Shown one piece after another: positions 10,303 to 18,931 of a DNA stretch of 64,000 nt (position 1 is the first letter of the stretch; each line of letters starts with the position of its first letter). Position numbers and translations under genes: made by a program. The notes below the pieces were generated by a model that saw only the letters and a program-made list of their open reading frames with translations, searched no databases and was not told where the DNA came from. Origin of the DNA: an uncultured delta proteobacterium (GTDB lineage: Bacteria; Desulfobacterota; Binatia; UBA9968); NCBI GenBank assembly GCA_963760795.1, contig CAVXEP010000008.1, positions 1 to 64,000 of the forward strand. Reading direction: 5' to 3'.

Positions 10303-11721
10303 ATGAGCTATAAAGACGTGCGCGAGTGGATCCAAAAGGTTCAAGAAATGGGCGAGCTCAAAGTCGTCGAAGGCGCCGATTGGAATCTTGAAATCGGCGC
10401 GCTATCGGTGCTGGCCTCCAAGCACAAAGAAAACAGCCCGGCTTTGCTCTTCGATAAAATCAAAGACTACCCTGCCGGCTACCGTATCCTGGTGGGCTTT
10501 TTCGAAAGCCTCAAACGCTCGGCGTTGACGACCAATTTGCCGCTCGACATTAGCCGTGACGGTTTCATCCAAGCCTGGCGTGAGCGCTTGGCCAAGCCGG
10601 CGTCGATTCCGCCGGTGACGGTTGCCAGTGGGCCGATTCTAGAAAACGTTTTCACCGGCGACGATATCGATCTATTCAAATTCCCTGTGCCGTTTTGGCA
10701 TGAGCGCGACGGTGGGCGATATATCGGCACCGGCCACGTGGTGATTACCCGCGATCCCGATGACGGTTGGGTCAACGTCGGCTGCTACCGGGTGATGGTT
10801 CATGACCGTAACACCATGGGCATGAATATTTCTCCCGGCAAGCATGGCCGCATGCACCGGCAGAAATATTTCGATCGCGGTAAGCCCTGTCCGGTGGTGT
10901 GCTGCTTCGGCGTCGACCCGCTGCTGCATATGTTCGCCACCCGCCCCGAGCCCTATGGCCGTAGCGAGTTCGATGCCGTCGGCGGTATCAAGGGCGAGCC
11001 GATGGAAGTGATCGCCGGCGAGCTGACCGGACTGCCGATACCCGCCTACGCGGAGATCGCCATCGAAGGCGAGTTTCTGCCGGATCAGGGTAAAGAAGAA
11101 GGTCCGTTCAGCGAGTGGACCGGCTATTACGCCAGCGGTGAAAAGATGGAGCCGCTGATCAAAGTCCATCGCCTGTACCATCGCCACGATCCGATCATCA
11201 CCGCCTCGCCGGAATATCGCCCGACGGCGCGGGCGGAGCACTGTTATGAACTGCTGCGCGCGGCTTATATCCGCGATCAAGTGGAAAAAGCCGGCGTGCC
11301 GGACGTCACCGCCGTGGCCAGCTACTTTCGCCGCTTTCTCACTGTCCTGGCGATCAAGCAGCGCTATCCGGGACATGCGCGCCAGGCGGGTTTGATCGCC
11401 AGCCAATGCCAGGGTGCGGCCTATCTCGGCCGCTATATCGTCGTCGTCGACGACGATATCGATGCCTACGATATCAACGATGTGCTTTGGGCGATGTGCA
11501 GCCGCGCCGATCCAGTGGACTCCGCCGAAATCATCCGGCGCTGCTGGAGCGGCCCTCTCGATCCGATCATTCCTAAAGAGCGCAAGGGGTTCAGCTCACG
11601 CATGATCATCGACGCTTGCCGGCCCTTTGAGTGGCGCGACAAGTTTCCACCGGCGGCGCATATTAGCCCGGAACGCCAGCAGGCGGTCATTGCGAAATGG
11701 AAAAAGCAGTTGTTTAGTTAG
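10303..11721 (+). CDS. UbiD-family (prFMN-dependent) decarboxylase
   Basis: DGGRYIG, NVGCYR, EGPFSEWTGYY, VDDDIDAYDINDVLWAM; GAGG RBS before ATG 10303. Confidence 0.92.
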   Translation: MSYKDVREWIQKVQEMGELKVVEGADWNLEIGALSVLASKHKENSPALLFDKIKDYPAGYRILVGFFESLKRSALTTNLPLDISRDGFIQAWRERLAKPASIPPVTVASGPILENVFTGDDIDLFKFPVPFWHERDGGRYIGTGHVVITRDPDDGWVNVGCYRVMVHDRNTMGMNISPGKHGRMHRQKYFDRGKPCPVVCCFGVDPLLHMFATRPEPYGRSEFDAVGGIKGEPMEVIAGELTGLPIPAYAEIAIEGEFLPDQGKEEGPFSEWTGYYASGEKMEPLIKVHRLYHRHDPIITASPEYRPTARAEHCYELLRAAYIRDQVEKAGVPDVTAVASYFRRFLTVLAIKQRYPGHARQAGLIASQCQGAAYLGRYIVVVDDDIDAYDINDVLWAMCSRADPVDSAEIIRRCWSGPLDPIIPKERKGFSSRMIIDACRPFEWRDKFPPAAHISPERQQAVIAKWKKQLFS

Positions 11722-11777
11722 ATTGGTGACATCGGTTCGCCATACCAATCGTCTAAGCTCTTAGGGGAACATCGATC

Positions 11778-12231
11778 ATGAGTAGAATCCACCAGCTATT
11801 GGCGGCACCGTTGTTTGCGCTTTTATTGTCGGGCTTGGCATTTAGCGCTGAGACGCCACCGACCAAGGAGCCGGCTAATGGAAAGTGTTAAGACAGCGCC
11901 AGCGAAGAAGAAAAGCACAAAGGTTAAGAAGCCGAAAGTTCAAAAATTCGTCGGTAATATTTCTTCCGTCGATACCAAGACCGGCGCGGTATCGGTCAAG
12001 GGATCAGCCGGCGATAAGAGTTTCATGACCCAGGACGCTGCCAAAGATGCTTTGGAGCGGCTCGCGGTGGGCGACCGTGTGCGGGTTCAATATTCGGAAA
12101 AAGATGGCAAGCTTGCGGCTACCTCAGTGCGGCGAGTGAAATTGCCGCAGACTAAAACCAAGCCAAGCACGCCGAACCCGAAGGCGAAGGCGCCGGAGCA
12201 GCAAAATACAACCAAGGACACTGTGAAGTAG
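11778..12231 (+). CDS. Small secreted Lys-rich OB-fold-like protein (frameshift near 11878)
   Basis: Signal peptide MSRIHQLLAAPLFALLLSGLAFSA from ATG 11778; then GNISSVD...LAVGDRVRVQY in the next frame. Confidence 0.6.
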
Positions 12232-12364
12232 AACCCGGCTTCTCGAAGTCTCTCGCGGCAACAAAACTGTTAGGATTCTTCTCTCGACCGTGCTCTCCGC
12301 CAATCCTCCACGCCAAAGAATTTGAGCGCTGCGTCGCAGCTGAAAATTATTGCTTTTGATCGGC

Positions 12365-12401
12365 AAAAAATAAGAGGCCGGACTCTTGCGAATCCGGCCT
12401 C
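12365..12401 (-). terminator. Intrinsic terminator
   Basis: GAGGCCGGATTC-GCAA-GAGTCCGGCCTC followed by TTATTTTTT on the minus strand. Confidence 0.85.
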
Positions 12402-12403
12402 CT

Positions 12404-12480
12404 GCCACTGAGGTGACGGGGCTCAGTGGCGCCGCTGGTCCCGTGGGAGCTGTGCTGAAGGAGGCAGCGCGGGACACGGC
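12404..12480 (-). ncRNA. Candidate structured 3'-UTR RNA (two hairpins, one with a CCUCCUU loop)
   Basis: Perfect GCCACTGAG/CTCAGTGGC stem; a GTCCCG/CGGGAC stem encloses GCTG-CCTCCTT-CAGC. Confidence 0.4.
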
Positions 12481-12483
12481 AAG

Positions 12484-12678
12484 CTAATTCAAGTTACTAT
12501 TGCTTGGTTGCGACCATTTGTCGCGTTGCCGGCGGCGTTGCAGATAGGTGTCCTTGGGCCAGTCCCAATTGCGGCCTGGAAGTTCTTCGCCGAAGTACAT
12601 GGCGCCATTAACTTTGCTCTGCGCGAATACTAGTTGCCAGTAACTCGGTTTCTCCAGGTCGTTATCCATCGTTTTCAT
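12484..12678 (-). CDS. Small hypothetical protein (64 aa; alternative start 12738)
   Basis: AAGGAG RBS before ATG 12678; sigma54 promoter upstream and terminator downstream. Confidence 0.6.
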   Translation of the reverse strand: MKTMDNDLEKPSYWQLVFAQSKVNGAMYFGEELPGRNWDWPKDTYLQRRRQRDKWSQPSNSNLN

Positions 12679-12778
12679 ATTTCGGTTCTCCTTTTTACTC
12701 TTAATGCGTCGATCTAAATTTCCCAGCCGTATCTTCATGATCTCCGTCCCCGTTTGCCGCTTGTGATTACTCTCATAG

Positions 12779-12794
12779 TGCAGGAGCCGTGCCG
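12779..12794 (-). promoter_or_regulatory. sigma54 (-24/-12) promoter
   Basis: CGGCACGGCTCCTGCA = GG-N10-GC with GGCAC. Confidence 0.65.
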
Positions 12795-13151
12795 GGAATT
12801 GAAAATGACAAGTGGCTTCAGACTATCGTGAATTTTCCCAAATCAAGACCAAAACAGTGGGGCGTGGACGACCGGTGAAACTCGGCGAAACTTAAATTCG
12901 GTCACAAATGCCAGACTATTTATCCCTCAAGCACTCATTCGGATTATGGTCTAAATGAAAAACTTCTTTGGCGACAACCACTTACAACCGCAGGTGGCAA
13001 ATTAACCGCTCACTTTAGGGGAACGATTTTGCAGCTAGAGGTAGCCATGTCGCACGATCGGTGACGGTGACGCTGGATTTGCAGGTAGTTAACTTTGGTT
13101 ACGTCCGGTGTCAACGCAAGGATACACAGGAGTCTATTTGCGATTTATTAA

Positions 13152-14144
13152 TCAGACTTTGAAGGTATCGAGGCTTTGGCGCGGGAACAGCTCGTCAATC
13201 CTCAGTTTTCGCTCGGTTAGACCTTGCTCGGCGGCGTAGCGGAGAAAGGTTTCCAGAGTCTGGCGATTGGCCTCGACGCCGTAGGGCCAAAAATCTTGAC
13301 CCATCAGCTGACGCATATCTTCGGCATGATTGGCCGTCCAGGGAATGACTGAATGAATGGCGTCGTTGCGGAAAATCCCATCGATGCAATGTTGCTTGGC
13401 GTCGAGCAAGGCTTTGTAAAGGCTCTGGGCGATCCAGGGATGGCGCTGGAATAGTTCCTGGCGCAGCACCATGACATGCATGATCGGAAAGATTCCAGTG
13501 CGGCGAAAATGATCGGTCTCGACCGCACGCGGATCGGCGAATAGCCGGCGCACTTGGGCGACGCGCTTGACGTAAGGCGCCGGCACCTGGGCGGTGAGTA
13601 ACGCGTCGATCTCGCCAGTGACCAACATGTCGGAGAGATTCTTGCCGGCGGGAATATTTTCAAGCTTGATCTCCGGCGGCAGTTTCAGTGCTACTTTTTC
13701 TTTTCGTTCCGACGATTCCAGCCCGCCGGTAAACCAGTGAATATCGCTGGGTTTTACATCGTAATCGTCTTGCAGAAAGCCGCGCAGCCAAACCGTGGCG
13801 GTCATCTGCCACTCGGGAATGCCGACGCGTTTGTCTTTCATGTCTGCGGGTTTATCGATACCGGCATTGACATTGACGTAGGCGCAGGAGTGGCGGAACT
13901 TTCGATAGACGAATGCCGGAATGCCGACGAACGGATAGTCTTCCCGCGCTTTGCCGGCTACGAAGCTACCGAAGGACATTTCGGCGGCGTCGAATTCCTG
14001 GTGCATGCCCATGCGCCAGTGCACTTCCGGCGGCCTGTTGACGGTGATGAAGTTGATCTCCAGCCCTTCGGCGCGCAGGTGGCCGTCTTTCAGAGGGCGG
14101 ACGATGTCGTAGTCGCCGCAGCCGAGGTCGATCTGTAATGTCAT
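13152..14144 (-). CDS. 4,5-dihydroxyphthalate decarboxylase-like (OphC/Pht5-type, SBP fold) protein
   Basis: GDYD, EFDAAEMS, RKFRHS, GIPEWQMTATVWLRG, GIFPIMH, DFWPYGVEAN; no signal peptide. Confidence 0.82.
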   Translation of the reverse strand: MTLQIDLGCGDYDIVRPLKDGHLRAEGLEINFITVNRPPEVHWRMGMHQEFDAAEMSFGSFVAGKAREDYPFVGIPAFVYRKFRHSCAYVNVNAGIDKPADMKDKRVGIPEWQMTATVWLRGFLQDDYDVKPSDIHWFTGGLESSERKEKVALKLPPEIKLENIPAGKNLSDMLVTGEIDALLTAQVPAPYVKRVAQVRRLFADPRAVETDHFRRTGIFPIMHVMVLRQELFQRHPWIAQSLYKALLDAKQHCIDGIFRNDAIHSVIPWTANHAEDMRQLMGQDFWPYGVEANRQTLETFLRYAAEQGLTERKLRIDELFPRQSLDTFKV

Positions 14145-14211
14145 ATTTGTTCCTGGTTTGAAGTCCAGTGTCGTTCGAAAAACTTAAGACTCGGCAGGCT
14201 GGACGATACGA

Positions 14212-14880
14212 TCACGCGTAGGCATTATAGATGCCCTGAAATTTGGCGATCTTGAAGCGCACCATATGGGCGGCCGCTTCCCGCACCAGTTGTTGTTGGT
14301 GTTCGCTGTGGGTGTGCTTGGCGATCACTTCGCTGGCCATCGCCGTATGCTCCTGGTCGGCGATGGCGTGGACGGTGAAGAACTGAATTTGTTTGTCGCT
14401 CAAGCCGTAGTGTTTCTTTAGCGCGGCGATATGTTCCTCCGAGTAGCGGCAGACCATGGTCTCGTTGACGAGAGCCGACGCGCGATTTTCCGGAGCCGAG
14501 CCGAGCAACATGCCGTGGATGGTTTTACTGGTGTGCGCCAGGCACTCGAAGATCGGTGTCGCTGTGAGAAAATCTTCTTCTTGCAAGCCGATCTCTAGGC
14601 CGAATTTTTTCGCCAGGTCGGGATGATACTGTTCCTCGTTCATCTGATAGAGAAAATATTTGAACAGCTCAGGGTCGTGGCTGTTTTTGACCATGCAGAG
14701 AGCGAAGCCTTTGAGCAGCGCATGATTATGCAAGTAATGCTGCAACGCCCAGCCCTGCAATCGTTTCGTTGACAACTTGCCGGTGCGCAGCTCGGTGAAG
14801 TAGGGCAGCTCGACCAACTCGTCGACGCCGGGTTGGATGATCTCTTTGATCAATGAATTGACGAATGCTTGAGTCGCCAT
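14212..14880 (-). CDS. Heme-oxygenase-like diiron protein (CADD/PqqC/TenA superfamily)
   Basis: NEEQYH, VNE and H-x3-D-x2-H (HAIADQEH) ligand pattern. Confidence 0.78.
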   Translation of the reverse strand: MATQAFVNSLIKEIIQPGVDELVELPYFTELRTGKLSTKRLQGWALQHYLHNHALLKGFALCMVKNSHDPELFKYFLYQMNEEQYHPDLAKKFGLEIGLQEEDFLTATPIFECLAHTSKTIHGMLLGSAPENRASALVNETMVCRYSEEHIAALKKHYGLSDKQIQFFTVHAIADQEHTAMASEVIAKHTHSEHQQQLVREAAAHMVRFKIAKFQGIYNAYA

Positions 14881-14881
14881 G

Positions 14882-15868
14882 CTAATTCCTCTTTTCCTTG
14901 AATACTTCATCTGTCAGTGAGTAGTCCATGACCTGCGCGGCCGGCACGGGAGTCGGAATCAGTTTTGCCGCGAAAGCTTGATCGTAAATGTCTTGCAGCT
15001 CTTTGATCGGGATCTTGCCGTCGGTGGTGAAACCGTTGAGCCAGGATTTATAAGACTCCTCGGCGACCTTCGCCGGGATTTTCCATTTGTTCTGAATGTA
15101 GTTGACCATCCAGGCTCTTTCTTTCCGGTTGAAATCCATCGCTTCGAAGACCGCGCGAATGACCGCCTTGACTCCAGCGGGGTCTTTTTTCAGTTTGGTT
15201 TCATGGGTGGCCATGCCGCCGGAGGCGGAGCGCAGGTTGAACTCCGGCCCCGAGGCGATCTCGCGATAACCCCTTTGCACCATGACGACGTTGTGCGGCA
15301 GCGACAGCACGGCGGCAGCGACGTTGCCCTGGCTGAGCGACTGTACGCTATTCGATACCGAGCCGGTCTGAATGTAGGTCACTTGATCTGGATTGACGCC
15401 CTTCCGCTTAATCAGATCGCGGGCGACGATGTCTTGCAACGTTGCCAGGCGATCGACCGCGACGGTTTTGCCGACGAGATCTTCGGCGCGGCGGATCTCG
15501 GGATTGCCGATTAACCAGAACAGCGTGCGGTCATGGGTGACCATGATGCCTTTGAACGGCAGGCCACGCGCGGCGGCGACCAGCGGCCCGGTGATGCCGG
15601 TTAGATAGTCGATCTCGCCGGAGACCAACGCCGAAGTCTGCACCGCGCCGGCGAGCTGGACCAGATCGACATCGAGGCCATGCTTTTTGAAGATGCCGGC
15701 GTCCTTGGCGACGAAGAAAGTTAGGAAGGTCAGGCTGAAAGCCGGGTAGCCCATGCGGACTTTTTTAAGTTCTTGGGATCGGACGGATTGGACGGATAAG
15801 AACAATAGTACGAATGTTAGGAGAACTCGTGCGGCGAGATCTTTGCCGTGCGTCGGGATAGTTGTCAT
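14882..15868 (-). CDS. NMT1/SsuA-type substrate-binding protein
   Basis: Signal peptide, GIFKKHGLDVDLV, ALVSGEIDY, MDYS C-terminus. Confidence 0.87.
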   Translation of the reverse strand: MTTIPTHGKDLAARVLLTFVLLFLSVQSVRSQELKKVRMGYPAFSLTFLTFFVAKDAGIFKKHGLDVDLVQLAGAVQTSALVSGEIDYLTGITGPLVAAARGLPFKGIMVTHDRTLFWLIGNPEIRRAEDLVGKTVAVDRLATLQDIVARDLIKRKGVNPDQVTYIQTGSVSNSVQSLSQGNVAAAVLSLPHNVVMVQRGYREIASGPEFNLRSASGGMATHETKLKKDPAGVKAVIRAVFEAMDFNRKERAWMVNYIQNKWKIPAKVAEESYKSWLNGFTTDGKIPIKELQDIYDQAFAAKLIPTPVPAAQVMDYSLTDEVFKEKRN

Positions 15869-15876
15869 GGGTCCTC

Positions 15877-16017
15877 TCAGCGATAGAGCCGGTCGATGAA
15901 GCCTTCCTTTTCTATCTCGCGCACGACGCTGTCGTCAACGATATCGTCGACGCTGAGTTTGCTTGTCGGGTTGGCCGCGGAGGCTTGCTCCAGTTGGATG
16001 CTATGCCCTTGCGGGTC
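15877..16017 (-). pseudogene. Remnant C-terminus of an SBP
   Basis: Minus strand reads ...KLSVDDIVDDSVVREIEKEGFIDRLYR*, similar to the ends of the SBPs at 1-327 and 16103. Confidence 0.65.
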
Positions 16018-16094
16018 GATTCCAAATTACAGATTACAAATTCCAAATGTCGGATTCCGAACAATGTGGCATCTGGAATTTATAATTTGAAATC
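16018..16094. repeat. Imperfect palindrome built of 7-nt units
   Basis: tccaaat-tacagat-tacaaat-tccaaat ... atctgga-atttata-atttgaa. Confidence 0.65.
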
Positions 16095-16102
16095 CACCTC
16101 CG

Positions 16103-17056
16103 CTAGCGCTTGGCAAACACTTTCTCAATAAACCCTTCCTTAGCGAGTTTGTCGACAATGCTATTGTCGATCACTTTCGCTGTCAGCGATTCGGCGTCGA
16201 CGCCTTTGACGGGCTCGAATTCCAACGTGGTGGCGACGTTGCGCGGATCGACGCGCGGAATTTTTTCGATGTAGCGGACGACGATGCTGTACATTTTCTC
16301 CAGGAAGCCGGGATCGCTCCGCTTGAAATATTTTTGCAGCACCTTGAGGGTCGTTTCCTTGTCGTGATGCATCAGCGCTACCGCGTCGATGTAGGCGCGC
16401 ATGGCACGCTCGACGGTGACGGAGTTCTTACGCAGAAAGTCTTGGGTGACCGCCATGACGTTCATGGCGAAGGGGATGTCGAGATCGGCGGCATTGAGCA
16501 GGGCGCGAGCCGGCGCGCGCGGCTTGACCGCCGTCACCATGCCGGCCAGTTGTTTCTGTTCAAATGCGGCTTGGACCTCCGGTGCACCGCCGAGCGGACG
16601 CTGGGTGACGGTTTTCTCCATGCCGAACTTGCGTAGGATCAATGTTGTCACCGTGTGCGCCGTCGAATTGTATCGCGTGATGCCGAGGGACTGTCCCTTG
16701 AGCTGATCGGTCCTGGTGATTTCCGGCTGGACGTACAACGTCATCGGCGGTTTGTTGGTCATGGCGCCGATGGTCAGCACCGGCGCGCCGCGGGCGGCGG
16801 CGAGCACGACACCGCTCATGCCCGGCGCGCTCAGTTCCAAGCTGCCGCCGAGGAGCGCCTGGATATTAGTCCCGCTCGACGCGATGTAGACCAGTTGCAC
16901 GTCGAGGCCGTATTTTTTGAACATGCCGGTCTCGTGCGCCATCCAGATGCTGGCGACGGTGGGGGCGACGATGGGGTAAGAGAGACGCAAAGGCGCGGCG
17001 AACGAGTTTCTTTCCACGAGTGCGAAAAGCGCGATCACCAGCAAAACCTGTTTCAC
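16103..17056 (-). CDS. NMT1/SsuA-type substrate-binding protein (start approximate)
   Basis: Signal peptide VKQVLLVIALFAL..., GMFKKYGLDVQLV, IDNSIVDKLAKEGFI. Confidence 0.85.
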   Translation of the reverse strand: MKQVLLVIALFALVERNSFAAPLRLSYPIVAPTVASIWMAHETGMFKKYGLDVQLVYIASSGTNIQALLGGSLELSAPGMSGVVLAAARGAPVLTIGAMTNKPPMTLYVQPEITRTDQLKGQSLGITRYNSTAHTVTTLILRKFGMEKTVTQRPLGGAPEVQAAFEQKQLAGMVTAVKPRAPARALLNAADLDIPFAMNVMAVTQDFLRKNSVTVERAMRAYIDAVALMHHDKETTLKVLQKYFKRSDPGFLEKMYSIVVRYIEKIPRVDPRNVATTLEFEPVKGVDAESLTAKVIDNSIVDKLAKEGFIEKVFAKR

Positions 17057-17219
17057 GGCGGCGACTGTATCTGTGTTGACTGCGAAATTCGAGAGGGAAT
17101 AATGGCGGAATTCTGCCAAACGATCCCATGGTCGGTTGTCGTTTACGCGAATGATTGAAGCGCTTTTCCCGGGAATGAGAAAATTTCCCATGAAATTGCC
17201 GGTACGAGCCGATTTGCGA

Positions 17220-17235
17220 TGGCATCGGGGTTGCG
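17220..17235 (+). promoter_or_regulatory. sigma54 promoter of tctCBA
   Basis: TGGCATCGGGGTTGCG matches TGGCAY-N5-TTGC. Confidence 0.75.
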
Positions 17236-17329
17236 GTACTTCTTGGTAGGATTGAGGGATATTTGCTCCAAGCTCGTCTAAACCTTGTGCCGCCAAAATA
17301 GCCGGCGGCGATTCTAAGGAGGAGACATT

Positions 17330-18304
17330 ATGAGAACCAAGCTGTTTAGTATCGTTGCAGGGATTGCGCTGCTGGGTATAGCTCCGCTGAACGCCCAGGA
17401 ATACCCGAACAAGGTTATTAGCATGGTGGTACCGTTCGCCGCAGGTGGCCCGACGGATACTGTGGCGCGGCTGATCGGCGTGCCGATGACCAAGACCCTT
17501 AAGCAACAGGTCATCGTAGAGAATGTCGGCGGCGCCGGCGGAACAATCGCCGCAAACCGAGTCGCGAAAGCACCACCCGATGGCTACACGATTCTTATAC
17601 ACCATATCGGCATGTCCACCGCGCCCGCCCTCTATCGCAAGCTGCCTTATAACCCAGCGACCGACTTCGAGCCCATCGGCTTGATCAACGAAGTGCCGAT
17701 GACCCTGGTGGCGAAAAAGGACTTTCCGGCCAAGGATCTGAAGGAGCTGATCGCTTATGTTAAAGCCAACAAGGAGAAGGTCAATTACGCCAACGCTGGC
17801 CTCGGCGCCGCCTCGCATCTGTGCGGGATGATTTTCATGAGCGCGATCCAGACAGACGTCACCACCGTTCCTTATAGCGGAACGGCCCCAGCCATGAATG
17901 ATCTGCTCGGCGGCCAGGTGGACTTCATGTGCGATCAGACTACGAACACGACCAGTCAAATCAAAGCGGGAAAGATCAACGTCTATGGCGTGACTACTAA
18001 GAAACGTGTGGCTTCGTTGCCCAATGTCCCGACCATGGACGAAGCGGGGTTGAAAGGCTTCGAGGTTTCGATCTGGCATGCTCTCTACGCGCCGAAGGGT
18101 ACGCCGAAGCCGGTTATCGATAAGCTTACCAATGCGCTGCAGGATGCCATGAAAGATTCGACGGTGAAGCAGCGTTTCGCCGACCTGGGCACCGAACCCG
18201 TGGCGCTAAACCGAGCCACCCCAGCGGCGTTGAGCGCGCATCTCAAAGCAGAGATCGACAGATGGGCGCCAATTATCAAGAAGGCTGGAGTTTATGCCGA
18301 CTAA
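17330..18304 (+). CDS. tctC: Tripartite tricarboxylate transporter substrate-binding protein
   Basis: VVPFAAGGPTD, ENVGGAGG, PDGYT, VPYSG, PKGTP; AGGAG RBS. Confidence 0.93.
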   Translation: MRTKLFSIVAGIALLGIAPLNAQEYPNKVISMVVPFAAGGPTDTVARLIGVPMTKTLKQQVIVENVGGAGGTIAANRVAKAPPDGYTILIHHIGMSTAPALYRKLPYNPATDFEPIGLINEVPMTLVAKKDFPAKDLKELIAYVKANKEKVNYANAGLGAASHLCGMIFMSAIQTDVTTVPYSGTAPAMNDLLGGQVDFMCDQTTNTTSQIKAGKINVYGVTTKKRVASLPNVPTMDEAGLKGFEVSIWHALYAPKGTPKPVIDKLTNALQDAMKDSTVKQRFADLGTEPVALNRATPAALSAHLKAEIDRWAPIIKKAGVYAD

Positions 18305-18331
18305 TTCTGGCGTTGATAAAATTGCAATTTT

Positions 18332-18362
18332 AAAGGCCGGGCTTCGTCCCGGCCTTTTTTTG
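18332..18362 (+). terminator. Intrinsic terminator or stabilising hairpin after tctC
   Basis: AAAGGCCGGG-cttcgt-CCCGGCCTTT followed by a T run. Confidence 0.8.
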
Positions 18363-18435
18363 CTTCTTTTCATCGTCACTCTGTTGTACAAGGCGCATTA
18401 TCGACTTTGTCCACTAGAGATACACTGGTAGTAGT

Positions 18436-18900
18436 TTGAAAACTCTTATGACGCGCAATCCCAAAGATTTCTGGACCGGCTTGCTCTATATCTTCTTTGG
18501 CGCGAGCGCGATTATCATAGGTCGTGATTACAACATGGGAACGGCCCTCAGAATGGGCCCAGCTTTTTTCCCCACTATTCTTGGCGCGGTGCTCGCCGTC
18601 ATCGGCGCGATTGCAGTGATTCGATCCTTCATCACGCCTGGCACGCCGATCGGTGCGGTTTCGTTCAAGGGGCTGGTGCTGGTCACGCTGTCGGTCGTCG
18701 CCTTTGGCTTCCTTGTGCGCGGCGCGGGATTGGTGGTCGCCCTGCCGCTGCTCGTGATCATCAGCGCGTACGCGAGCACGCGTTTCCAATGGCGCTCGGC
18801 GCTTATCATGGCGGCGGGTCTGACGATCTTTTGCGCCTTGGTCTTTGTCATAGGCTTGGGTATACCGCTGCCGATCATCGGTCCCTGGTTGGGCAGTTGA
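18436..18900 (+). CDS. tctB: Tripartite tricarboxylate transporter small subunit
   Basis: MGPAFFP motif, 4-5 TM segments, between tctC and tctA. Confidence 0.9.
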   Translation: MKTLMTRNPKDFWTGLLYIFFGASAIIIGRDYNMGTALRMGPAFFPTILGAVLAVIGAIAVIRSFITPGTPIGAVSFKGLVLVTLSVVAFGFLVRGAGLVVALPLLVIISAYASTRFQWRSALIMAAGLTIFCALVFVIGLGIPLPIIGPWLGS

Positions 18901-18931
18901 CGGCGATCGTCAGAAACGGGGCGGACAACGA

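Noticed and set aside
12365-12480. tRNA or known riboswitch
   Set aside because: No cloverleaf, T-loop or CCA end; it lies 3' of genes on both strands rather than in a leader
16103-18079. 658-aa ORF suggesting a large SBP fusion
   Set aside because: The N-terminal ~340 aa are the antisense shadow of tctC and the intergenic region; the real SBP starts near 17056 with a signal peptide
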